Assembly (NCBI GenBank): GCA_003552465.1 | Contig: PULQ01000053.1 | Location: 1-50,411 of the forward strand | Reading direction: 5' to 3' | Origin: Dehalococcoidia bacterium | GTDB taxonomy: Bacteria; Chloroflexota; Dehalococcoidia; GIF9; AB-539-J10 | Length of the DNA stretch: 50,411 nucleotides | In this document: positions 1 to 9,830 of the stretch, in pieces | Position numbering within the stretch: position 1 is the first letter of the stretch | Layout: every line of letters starts with the position of its first letter | Program-made: the position numbers and the translations under genes | The notes under the pieces: model-generated | Databases searched by the model: none | What the model saw: the letters and a program-made list of their open reading frames with translations, nothing else | What the model was told of the DNA's origin: nothing

Positions 1-832
<832 letters not shown>

Positions 833-869
833 TAGTAGAATACCATATTGGCAAGATACGAGGGGGAGT

Positions 870-1446
870 GAGGGCTGATAGCGGAATGCGACTGCTGGCA
901 GCGCAACCGGATTGCTTCGTCGTCCCGACACGTCGGGACTCCTCGCAATGACGCGGTAGAGTGTTGCCGCACGAGGCTAAAGCCTCGTACTACATCTGAG
1001 CGAGGCGTTGATCTCTGACCGCTGATGGCTGAAGGCCTATCCTCAGTCTCGTAACTCCTGCCGATTTCATCGAGCATCCTCGACGGAGTCGGGACCCAAA
1101 CCCACTCTTGTTCCTTTACTTCGTTCAAGGACAGGCCTAAGAGGGCGGGCCAGATTCTTCGCCCCGACAAGTCCGGGCTCAGAATGACAGGGGGAGGCGA
1201 CAAGTCGGGACCCTAGCCCCCTCCTATTCCTTCACTTCGTTCAAGGACAGGCCTGAGAGGGGGGACTCGATGCTGGGCTGTCATCCTACGAGGGGAAACC
1301 AGCGTTGCGGTCTGAAATCTGAAGGCTGACTGCCGCCCCTGTCATCGCGAACACCCGCGGCTCTGCAGAGGGTGTGCGGCGATCTCGACGATCCGCGGGA
1401 TTGCTTCGTTGTCCCGACGGGCCGGAGTTCGGGGTCAAGCCGGGAC
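870..1446. repeat. Composite cluster of REP-like palindromes (GTCAT..GAG-type and GTAG-type) with nested hairpin modules
   Basis: Palindromes at 908-952, 969-993, 1059-1094, 1151-1189, 1211-1267 and 1340-1446; 932-1058 is homologous to 4834-5011. Confidence 0.85.
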
Positions 1447-4065
1447 CTATTCCCGGTCTTTCAGCAGGAAGAGCCACCTGCCGGGATCGTCGGGGTAGTA
1501 GTCGAACGCGCGGAGTCTGATCCACCCGGAAGAACCGAAACTGAAGTCATCCAGGTAGTAGGAACCGTCGCCCACCCAGAGGTGGTTCTTCTCGTTCACC
1601 CAGTCTTTCAGGTTGTCCATGCGCGGGCCGACCTCGTCAGCGAAGCTGCCCAGGCCTGCGCCGGAGTACTGCGCGTCGATGAACTCGTAGTAAGGAACGC
1701 TGGCGTCCTCGTAGTCACCGGGGTCGAGAGCGCGTATGCCCTCCAGGTGGCCCGCCAGCGCGCCCAGTTGGACGTCCCTGTCGAGGAAGTCGGTCCAGCC
1801 CAGATCCGTTCCCTGGGCCTTGGTCTCACCGAAGGCCATGCTTCCGGCCCTCTCACCCCTTATGCCGAGGGCGATGGTGTGCCAGAAGCCGTTGCCCGGT
1901 GCGTAGTTCGGGTAACCGGTGCCGACCATGCGCTCGGCGTCCATCTCCGGCGAGGTCTCGACCTTCTTCGACCAGGTCTCGACCTTCAGTCCGACATCAT
2001 CCTCAGGGTTGACCGTGAACCTGACACCGATGGTGGTCTCGTATGTGGAGGCAATCTGCGATGCTGCTCCAGGATCATACATCGGGTTCACGCCCTCGCC
2101 CCGGGCGCGGTCATAGGGCAGGATCCAGCCGTAGAGGAAGTCGGCGAAGGAGAGCGTGCTCCCATCGTGCAGCGGGTGGCCCCAGATGTCCCGGGGGTAG
2201 TAGGCGACCGAGTAGCAGTCGACAAGCGTATCGTCAAGTGCCCACGGCTCGCCCTCATTGCCCGCGTCCAGCGCGTCGCCCACGGTTATCACCGACTGCG
2301 TCTCCCAGTCCCAGGCACGCCAGGCATCAACGGGAGCGCTGATATTGCCCGCGAAGTCCAGCGTCACCCAGTCGTGAGTGGCGGTTGCCGGAAAACCGGC
2401 CGTTACGGTTACCTCCGCCCTGTCGATGCGTCCCGGCCAGCACAGTCCGTCGCGCACGTCGGGGTGGGTGCCCCTGTCGCCGGTGGCCCGGACGGGGAAC
2501 ATGTCGTAGACGGTGTTGGAGCCGGCAACCGGGTTCCAGGGCTCGACCAGCAGGTCGTGCATGGCTACCCTGAGGTTTCCGCCGAACATCGGGTTGCCCG
2601 CGCCGTCGCGAAAGTGCGCCGTCAGGGCCCACATCCAGGAGCCGGGTATGCCGCCCTCGGTGCCGGCCGCCAGGTCCACGTTCGTCCTCAGCGGCGAGTA
2701 TTCCATGTTGTCAACGAGGTAGAACATGCCCCACTTCATGTGCGCCGGCAGGCAGATCTCGTACAGTGCATCGCGCTCGGCAAGGCTTGAGAACTCAAGA
2801 AAGGCCAGGTCGAAGGCTGCGTCATAGAACCAGCCCGGGACGTCCAGGTACTTGTAAGCCACTATTCCTGAATGCCAGAAATCGGTGTGGAAGTAGAGGT
2901 ACCAGTACCCCGAGTCGCGGGAGAGCTCGGAGGACATCCAGCCCCCCGTGTAAAGGTTCCAGCCGCCGCTGATGATCTCCGCCTCATCGTTGTGCGGAGG
3001 AGGACCGAACCAGCCTTCCCAATACCGGGGCGTAAAGACGAAGCCCATCCTCTCGATCTGCTCACCCACGTACTCACCGATGGCCGTGCGCACCGGATCC
3101 CACGAGGTGTAGAAAAGGCCTGTTAACTCGATCGGCTCGCCATCGTAGAGCCATCCGGTGGCGGCATCACCGGTGATGTCGCCGGGAACAAGTTCATCTA
3201 TAGCGGACATCGTCTCGTTCAGCCAGAGCAGGCCGGTAACCTCATCGTATCCGTACTCGTCCTCTAGATACCGGATGCCGGACTTCCCGGCGATGTGCGT
3301 GCCATCGTAGTACCTGGCGTAGTCCGGAAGCTGAGTGTGCTGAGACGTGAACTTCGGCCAGGCCAGGCCGCCCGCGATGACACCGGCTATGTGCTCGCGG
3401 TCGATGAACTTGTTCAGGACCTCGTTCATCGTGCGCACGCCCTCAGGGAAGTCGAACAGGTAGAAGGGGTTCAACGTTTCATCGGTGAAGGTGGGGCCAT
3501 AGGGGTTGATGTGCAGGGTGTTGAACGAGCATATGCTGCTCTTGTACCACAGGTCGGGGTCATCGTCCACGATTTCGAAGAGCTCTTGCGAGTCAAGGGT
3601 GTGTGCATAGACATCGAAGTCGCCCGCCTGCAGCCGCAGCACTGCCGACGTACCGTCCGGTTCCCTCTCGATCAGAATCTCGTCCAGCCAGAAGACACGA
3701 CTCGCCGCAAAGCTGGCTGTAACCGTCACAGCTGACGCGGGCATGGTGAAGCCGGTTGTCGGCGAATGAGCGTCGTCGAACGCCACCGCAGGACTGGAGG
3801 TCCACTTGACGAACCTGAAGCAGCGCTCTCCATCTACCGTGATGTTGACCGTAGCACCAGGGGCGTAGCTCGGACCACCATCCACAAGAGATGCTGTGCC
3901 GGCTCCGGCGGGAGATACCTGCAGCGTAACCCTGTAGGAAGGGGCACCACAGCCCGGCACGACCATCGCCGTGACGATGCCCCCGGCAATCAAACCCACC
4001 AGGAGCTTCCGCAGGACGCTCCCCGCGAGGTACCGGCATGAGCGCGAACCAGAAGTTCTCTCCAT
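1447..4065 (-). CDS. ABC transporter family-5 solute-binding lipoprotein with N-terminal InlB B-repeat-like domain; paralog of 9831-12383
   Basis: 872 aa; lipobox-like VVPGC; VEPWNPVAGSN motif; closely similar to the 9831-12383 product beyond the first ~120 aa. Confidence 0.85.
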   Translation of the reverse strand: MERTSGSRSCRYLAGSVLRKLLVGLIAGGIVTAMVVPGCGAPSYRVTLQVSPAGAGTASLVDGGPSYAPGATVNITVDGERCFRFVKWTSSPAVAFDDAHSPTTGFTMPASAVTVTASFAASRVFWLDEILIEREPDGTSAVLRLQAGDFDVYAHTLDSQELFEIVDDDPDLWYKSSICSFNTLHINPYGPTFTDETLNPFYLFDFPEGVRTMNEVLNKFIDREHIAGVIAGGLAWPKFTSQHTQLPDYARYYDGTHIAGKSGIRYLEDEYGYDEVTGLLWLNETMSAIDELVPGDITGDAATGWLYDGEPIELTGLFYTSWDPVRTAIGEYVGEQIERMGFVFTPRYWEGWFGPPPHNDEAEIISGGWNLYTGGWMSSELSRDSGYWYLYFHTDFWHSGIVAYKYLDVPGWFYDAAFDLAFLEFSSLAERDALYEICLPAHMKWGMFYLVDNMEYSPLRTNVDLAAGTEGGIPGSWMWALTAHFRDGAGNPMFGGNLRVAMHDLLVEPWNPVAGSNTVYDMFPVRATGDRGTHPDVRDGLCWPGRIDRAEVTVTAGFPATATHDWVTLDFAGNISAPVDAWRAWDWETQSVITVGDALDAGNEGEPWALDDTLVDCYSVAYYPRDIWGHPLHDGSTLSFADFLYGWILPYDRARGEGVNPMYDPGAASQIASTYETTIGVRFTVNPEDDVGLKVETWSKKVETSPEMDAERMVGTGYPNYAPGNGFWHTIALGIRGERAGSMAFGETKAQGTDLGWTDFLDRDVQLGALAGHLEGIRALDPGDYEDASVPYYEFIDAQYSGAGLGSFADEVGPRMDNLKDWVNEKNHLWVGDGSYYLDDFSFGSSGWIRLRAFDYYPDDPGRWLFLLKDRE

Positions 4066-4249
4066 CTCCCACCCCCGGGCCCTCCCCTCACCACGGGCAG
4101 ACCGCGACAGGAGTTACTACCCTGCCTCCTTCAAGATGCCGTCTGTCCGGCCGGTCAGCGGCCTCAGCGGTGCGACACTACACGGTCTCCGCCCTGGCCT
4201 GGAGGAGTCGCGACCGGACTGCTCCATCCTGTACGACAGTATGACACAA

Positions 4250-4269
4250 AAATGTTAGAATCCTGTTAA
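4250..4269 (-). promoter_or_regulatory. TTAACA-N5-CTAACA direct-repeat box (copy 1) ahead of an extended -10
   Basis: TTAACAGGATTCTAACATTT; 19/20 identical to the copies at 12763-12782 and 34812-34831. Confidence 0.75.
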
Positions 4270-4338
4270 CTTCCGGGGCCGACGCCGGAGAATGCCCCGC
4301 GACGGCAGGATGTGGTACGAGGGCGCACTCGAAGGCAG

Positions 4339-4530
4339 TCACCTCCGGCTGGCCATGTACATCCCTACGCCCGCCAGCCCCAGCACCAGGCCGGAGATCT
4401 GAGCCACGATAGCCACACCGTTCCAGAACCACGTTGTCTCAAGGACGCCGGTGATCATCAGTAACGGCACGATGACGCCTATGACGAGCAGGATGAACCC
4501 GATGATCATCAGGTAAACCGGTCTTTCCAT
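4339..4530 (-). CDS. Small two-TM membrane protein (63 aa)
   Basis: MERPVYLMIIGFILLVIGVIVPLLMITG...; two hydrophobic helices; GGAGG upstream. Confidence 0.7.
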   Translation of the reverse strand: MERPVYLMIIGFILLVIGVIVPLLMITGVLETTWFWNGVAIVAQISGLVLGLAGVGMYMASRR

Positions 4531-4669
4531 TATCTTGCAGCCCTCCGCGGGCATCAGGATTATTCTAGCCTTCACGGTGCCGTCAAGGCAAGTCGGCCAT
4601 CGGCCATGCCATGTCGCAGGGCAAATCGCTGATTCGTGACGATGGGGGAGTGGCAGTCCCACAGACCGA

Positions 4670-5115
4670 AGCTCAAATATCAAAATCCAAATGCCAAAGG
4701 AATGCCAAACACAAAGCTCAAATGCCAGACAGAATCAGCGGTCCTGCGTATCAAGGCCGGGTTGTTATCCTGAGAGGGGGCTAGATTCTTCGCCCCGACA
4801 GGTCGGGGCTCAGAATGACAGGAGAGGAGAGAGGTCGGGACTCCTCGCAATGACGCGGTAGAGGGTTGCCGCACGAGGTGCCGATGTAATCGGGTGCCGA
4901 CTGTCTCGAGCATCCTCGACGAAGTCGGGACTAAAGCCTCGTGCTACATCTGAGCAAGGCGTTGATCTCTGACCGCTGATGGCTGAAGGCTTGGCCTGAC
5001 TATCGTAACTCCCCCTAACCCCCTCTTATCCTAAGAGGGGGGACTAATAGCTGAAGGCTGAGTGCTGATGGCTGGGGGCTGAGTGCTGATAGCCGAAAGA
5101 TGACTGCTGACCGCC
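4670..5115. repeat. Intergenic repeat cluster: CAAAT heptamer arm, REP-like palindromes with a 52-nt insert, CCCCTCTTA..TAAGAGGGG hairpin, GCTGANN heptamers
   Basis: Direct comparison with 870-1270, 17222-17277 and 46645-46680. Confidence 0.85.
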
Positions 5116-5117
5116 TG

Positions 5118-6113
5118 CTACGCGGCGCGGTCGCCATCCTTATACAGCCAGCATTCGACGAAGTGGTTGGGTCTGGGCTCGAACTCGGGGGGTTCCTCCG
5201 TGTCGCAGAGCCCGTCGATCTTGCGTGTGCAACGGGGGTGGAAGCGGCAGCCCGGCGGGGGCTTTATCAGGCTGGGCGGCTCACCGGAGGGTATCTCCTT
5301 GAACTTCCCCACATTCTCGGGCTCAGGGTCGGGGATGGCATTGAGCAGCACCTGTGTGTAGGGATGCTGCGGGTTGTTCACTATCTCATTGACATCCGCC
5401 TTCTCCACCAGCTTGGCGGCATACATAACGAAGGCGCGCTGGGAGAAGTAGCGCACCGAGGAGAGGTCGTGGGTGATGTAGATGACGCCCAGATTGTGGG
5501 TCTCCTGGATCTTGCCCATCAACTCCAGGACCTCGACGCGCACGGAGGCGTCGAGCATGGACACGGGCTCGTCGGCCACGATGAGCATGGGGCGCAAGAG
5601 CAGGGCCCTGGCCACCACCAGCCGCTGTTGCTGCCCGCCCGAGAGCATGTGGGGATACTTGTGAAGGAAGTCATCGACGGGGATCAACCTGACCTCATCC
5701 AGCGCCTCCCGGATCCGCTGCTCCCGCTCGATCTTGGGCACCTTGTTGACGATGAGGGGCTCCGACAGAATCCTGTGCACGCTCATGAAGGGAGCAGTTG
5801 CTCCATAGGGGTCCTGCTGTACGAAGCCGACCTGCCAGCGCAGCCAGGTGAGGTCACGCGAGTTGTTGTAGTCAAGATTCCTACCGCCGAAGATCATCTC
5901 ACCATCGGTGATCTTGGCCAGGCCCAGGATGGTACGCAGCAGGGTCGTCTTGCCCGAGCCGCTCTCTCCCACTATGGTGACCGCCTCTCCGCGCGCGAGG
6001 TCGAAGCTGACCCCGTCGACGGCCCGCACATACCCGGCGTGCATGAAACCCCACCGTTTCAACTCGAAATAGGTGCGCACCCCGTTGAGCGACAGAATCT
6101 TGCTGTTATCCAT
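5118..6113 (-). CDS. oppF: Oligopeptide/dipeptide ABC transporter ATP-binding protein
   Basis: GESGSGKT, LSGGQQQR, IVADEP, HPY and CRFHPRC C-terminal motifs; start placed at MDNSK (alternative 6131). Confidence 0.92.
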   Translation of the reverse strand: MDNSKILSLNGVRTYFELKRWGFMHAGYVRAVDGVSFDLARGEAVTIVGESGSGKTTLLRTILGLAKITDGEMIFGGRNLDYNNSRDLTWLRWQVGFVQQDPYGATAPFMSVHRILSEPLIVNKVPKIEREQRIREALDEVRLIPVDDFLHKYPHMLSGGQQQRLVVARALLLRPMLIVADEPVSMLDASVRVEVLELMGKIQETHNLGVIYITHDLSSVRYFSQRAFVMYAAKLVEKADVNEIVNNPQHPYTQVLLNAIPDPEPENVGKFKEIPSGEPPSLIKPPPGCRFHPRCTRKIDGLCDTEEPPEFEPRPNHFVECWLYKDGDRAA

Positions 6114-6117
6114 AACG

Positions 6118-7134
6118 TCAGCCCGTCTCATACAGCCAGCACTTCACCGTCTCCTCCCCGTGCTCAAAGAGCGGCGGCTCTTCGTCGCATCTTTCAAACC
6201 GCCTGTGACAGCGGGCGGCGAACCGGCACCCTGTGGGCGGGTTGATCAGGCTTGGCGGCTGGCCGGGGATGAACTCGGGCTTCTTCTCAATGTGCAGGGT
6301 GGGCACGCTGGCCATGAGTTTCTGAGAGTAGGGGTGAAGGGGCTCCCGGTAGAACCTCTGGCCATCGCTATGCTCTACCAGCTGCCCGGCGTACATGCAG
6401 ATCCCCTCGTCGGCCAGTTCGCTTGAGGTGGCTATATCGTGGGTGATGAGCATGAAGCTCAACCCCAGGTCCTGCTTGATCTTCTTGAGTGTGTTCATTA
6501 TATTGGCCTGTGTCAGGACGTCCAGTGCCGAAGTCGGCTCATCGAGTATGACGATATCGGGGTCGGTTATCAGGGCCATGGCCAGGATCGCCCGCTGGCG
6601 CATTCCGCCGGAGAGCTCGAAGGCATAGCGATCCATGAACGCCTCGGGAACTCCCACCAGATTGAAGACCTCCCTCGCCTTCCGGTAGGCCTCCTTCTTG
6701 CCCACGTGGTCGAGCATCAGGGGCTCGGCCACCTGGTACCCCACCTTGACGACGGGGGTGAGAGCGTTCATGGCCGCCTGCGAGACCATCGACATCCTGG
6801 TCCACCTCACATCTTTACGGAAGCGTTCATCGCCGAACTTCATCACGTCAACGCCGTTGAGGAAGACGCGCCCCCTGTATGTATGCACGTTCTTGGGGAG
6901 CAGTCTCAAGATGGCACGCGCCAGCGATGTCTTGCCGCAGCCCGACTCGCCGATGATGGTGAGCGAACGTCCCCGGACCAGTTCGAAGCTCACACCCTCG
7001 ACCGCCTGCACCACCCCTGCGGTGGAGCGGAAGTAGAGGGTCAGGTCCTCGACCTTAAGACCGGGGCCTTCTGTCCGGTCCGGACTCCGGCCCCTCTCAG
7101 CCACTGCCTGTTTCCGTCTTCTCATACCGATCAT
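6118..7134 (-). CDS. oppD: Oligopeptide/dipeptide ABC transporter ATP-binding protein
   Basis: GESGCGKT, ELSGGMRQR, ILDEPT, HPY, GCRFAARC. Confidence 0.92.
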   Translation of the reverse strand: MIGMRRRKQAVAERGRSPDRTEGPGLKVEDLTLYFRSTAGVVQAVEGVSFELVRGRSLTIIGESGCGKTSLARAILRLLPKNVHTYRGRVFLNGVDVMKFGDERFRKDVRWTRMSMVSQAAMNALTPVVKVGYQVAEPLMLDHVGKKEAYRKAREVFNLVGVPEAFMDRYAFELSGGMRQRAILAMALITDPDIVILDEPTSALDVLTQANIMNTLKKIKQDLGLSFMLITHDIATSSELADEGICMYAGQLVEHSDGQRFYREPLHPYSQKLMASVPTLHIEKKPEFIPGQPPSLINPPTGCRFAARCHRRFERCDEEPPLFEHGEETVKCWLYETG

Positions 7135-7145
7135 CTATTTCCTTA

Positions 7146-8501
7146 TCACAGCTCCCTGAGCCTGGGGTTGAAGATGCGGTCGAGGGCGTACCCGACCAGG
7201 GCGAAGCCGAAGCCCAGTCCCATAAGCAGAATCGCGGGCTGCACTATCCAGTAGTAATGCCCCATTTGCAGGGCACCCTGATTATACCCGTCGTTTATCA
7301 TCTTGCCCCAGGTGGGCAGATAAGGGTCGCCGAGCCCGAGCACTGACAGCGTGGCCTCAAGAAACACAAACGTAGGAACTATCATCACGAATTGAGGGAG
7401 CAGTGTCGGCGCTATTCTGGGCAGTAGGTAGCGAAAGATGATGCGGAAGTTACCAGCACCGTAGGCCTGGGCCGACTCGAAGTAGGGAGACTCCTTCAAC
7501 TGCAGGAACATCGCCCGGTAGCCGAACATCGAGCCACTGAAGATGTTAAGCGCGATGACCAGTCCCAGGATGGTCCATATCCTCGGAGAGTACAGGTGGC
7601 TGATCATGATGAGGATGGGGAGCATCGGTAGGATGATATTCACCTGGGTGATCCAGAGGAAGGCCCTCTCCAGCTTGCCGCCGAACCAGGTGCCGATGCC
7701 GGCCAGGACGAAGGTGCTCATCTGGGCACCGATGGCAGCCAGTATGCCAAAGGTGAGTCCAATAGGCGCCCCCCAGAGGATGGGCAGCAGGAGGTCGCGC
7801 CGCCTGTGGTCGGTCCCTGCCGCGCCGTGCACCCGCCCGTAGACGGTCAAGCTAACATCGTCCAGGCTGTGCCCCTCTCTCATCTCGCCCTGTACGATTA
7901 GCTCGTAAGTGCCCTGCATCGCCTCTCTCTCTTCCCTGGGGACGGTGCGGTCTACCGCGAACAGGCCGAAGCGGGGCCGCATTTCCAGCCTTGCGTTGAG
8001 CTCTTCCAGCGTCTCGATATAGACGGTCTGCGCTCCACGGGTACGGACATCCTCGGTAATCAGGATAAGCTCCCCGTCCGGCTTACGCCAGTATACCGAC
8101 ACCAGCGGTCGCGGAACATCGGGCTCGAAAGACCATCCCATGGTCATCCGGAGCTCGCTGGGAAAGCCATCGTAGTGGTACTCGATGGGAATCACGGCCT
8201 CCACCCTCTTCATGCCGTCTTCCAGCGGTTCCTCGGTCAGAGTGGCCTCCTCGTCTGCCAAACCAGCCACGATGGTGCGGGGCAGTCTCTCGGAGGTGAA
8301 CCAGTCGAACCACACCGGCCGGGCTAACCTGGGGGTAGCAAGACGCTCGCCGTGGTCGCTCCAGATCCTGACCGCCTCGCTGTAGGGGACGGTGATAACG
8401 GCGTAGAGTGAGAGCACCACAAAGAAGAATATCAGCACAACCCCGCCTAGCGCCGAGGGGTAACGCCTGAGTTGCCTTAGTGACGACAAAAGCGTTTTCA
8501 C
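7146..8501 (-). CDS. oppC: ABC transporter permease with a large extracytoplasmic insertion
   Basis: GTDHRRRDL, ESAQAYGA (EAA loop), EATLSVLGLGDP. Confidence 0.88.
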   Translation of the reverse strand: MKTLLSSLRQLRRYPSALGGVVLIFFFVVLSLYAVITVPYSEAVRIWSDHGERLATPRLARPVWFDWFTSERLPRTIVAGLADEEATLTEEPLEDGMKRVEAVIPIEYHYDGFPSELRMTMGWSFEPDVPRPLVSVYWRKPDGELILITEDVRTRGAQTVYIETLEELNARLEMRPRFGLFAVDRTVPREEREAMQGTYELIVQGEMREGHSLDDVSLTVYGRVHGAAGTDHRRRDLLLPILWGAPIGLTFGILAAIGAQMSTFVLAGIGTWFGGKLERAFLWITQVNIILPMLPILIMISHLYSPRIWTILGLVIALNIFSGSMFGYRAMFLQLKESPYFESAQAYGAGNFRIIFRYLLPRIAPTLLPQFVMIVPTFVFLEATLSVLGLGDPYLPTWGKMINDGYNQGALQMGHYYWIVQPAILLMGLGFGFALVGYALDRIFNPRLREL

Positions 8502-8504
8502 CTG

Positions 8505-9590
8505 CTACCTTCCTCCCCCAATTCCCACGCGGACGCGCGGATCGAGAATGGCGTAAAGGAAATCGAGGATGAACACGGTGGCGCAGAGCAGGTATCCGAA
8601 GACGACGATAACGCCGACGATGACCGCCGTCTCATTCATGACTATCGCCTGGTAGAACACCTGTCCCAGGCCCGGCCAGTTGAAGACCGTCTCGAGGACG
8701 ATCTGCCCCATCCACATGCTGATCAACAGCATCAGGAAACCGGTGATGATGGGCGGCAAGGTGGGCCTCAGGATGTACTTCCGCTCTATCCCCCGGGAGG
8801 ACAGGCCCTTGGCCTTGGCCAGTTCAACGTGGTCCTCCATAGAGTAGATGAGGAAGAAGGTGCGCGAGCTGTAGACGCCTGCGAACACGGCGCTCAGGAG
8901 TATGGCGGTCACAGGCAGGATCATATGCCTGAGCAGTTGCGACACGAACTCCCAGTTGAACCCCATCTGGACCCCCGACGGTGCCATGCCGCCCCAGGGC
9001 AGCACCCTGAGGGCCGCCGCGAAGATCATGATCAGGAATATGCCGTAGAACCAGCCCGGCGCGGCCGAGGTCGGGGCCAGGGATATGAAGAGCTTGTCGA
9101 GAACACTCCCGTACCGCCGCGACAGGAACAGCGCCATGAGCAGCGTGAAGAAGAAAAGGAGGATTTCTGCTGTGCCGAACAGGATCAGGGTTGCGGGCAA
9201 CCGCTCCAGTATGATGGCCGACACCTGAAACGAGTGAGTGTCGCTGGTTATCAGCCGCGCCCGCCCCAGTTGCAGCGACAGTGCCTCCCCCAGGAAATCC
9301 AGACTGCGCTGGGGGAAGAAGGGCCGGTCCATACCTCGTTTCCTGAGCTCCAGCTCGATCGTCTCATCGATCATCGCCTGGCGCTGATCCGGTGGCAGCC
9401 TCTGCAACTCCGGATCCAGGGCGTACTGGAGGTTGACCTCGTGCCTTATCTGGGCCTCCACGATGCGGTCCAACTCCCCGCCCATGTTGGCGATGATGAC
9501 GGTGAGATAAACGGCGACAACAACGGACAGTAACAGAAAAACCAGTCTCATGCCCGTGTACTTGCCCAGCCTGCTTAGAGCACCCTTCAT
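8505..9590 (-). CDS. oppB: ABC transporter permease
   Basis: ERLPATLIL, LAKAKGLS, ETVFNWPGLG. Confidence 0.9.
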   Translation of the reverse strand: MKGALSRLGKYTGMRLVFLLLSVVVAVYLTVIIANMGGELDRIVEAQIRHEVNLQYALDPELQRLPPDQRQAMIDETIELELRKRGMDRPFFPQRSLDFLGEALSLQLGRARLITSDTHSFQVSAIILERLPATLILFGTAEILLFFFTLLMALFLSRRYGSVLDKLFISLAPTSAAPGWFYGIFLIMIFAAALRVLPWGGMAPSGVQMGFNWEFVSQLLRHMILPVTAILLSAVFAGVYSSRTFFLIYSMEDHVELAKAKGLSSRGIERKYILRPTLPPIITGFLMLLISMWMGQIVLETVFNWPGLGQVFYQAIVMNETAVIVGVIVVFGYLLCATVFILDFLYAILDPRVRVGIGGGR

Positions 9591-9654
9591 GGCAATCTGT
9601 CCTCCCTCTGAACTGCCGGAGAACCATCTCCCGCAGGTTCAGAGCGTTTTCAAT

Positions 9655-9683
9655 AATCTAGCACCCTCGCGGAGTAGTGTCAA
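9655..9683 (-). promoter_or_regulatory. Sigma70-type internal promoter for oppBCDF
   Basis: TTGACA-17 nt-TAGATT with TGn extension. Confidence 0.6.
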
Positions 9684-9753
9684 ATCAGCCAGCAGCCTCT
9701 TGCAGCCCCGATCCTCATGCTGAAGTATGGGCCGAAAACCCGGCGCGGGCTGG

Positions 9754-9785
9754 AGGGGGGTCGCAGGTTGACCCTGCGCCCCCCT
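9754..9785 (-). terminator. GC-rich stem-loop after the binding-protein gene (terminator or mRNA stabiliser)
   Basis: AGGGGGGTCGCAGG-TTGAC-CCTGCGCCCCCCT; no clear U-tract. Confidence 0.5.
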
Positions 9786-9830
9786 GCATCATCTTGCCCC
9801 GGCTTTCCGGGTCAAGCTGAGAGCTACGCT

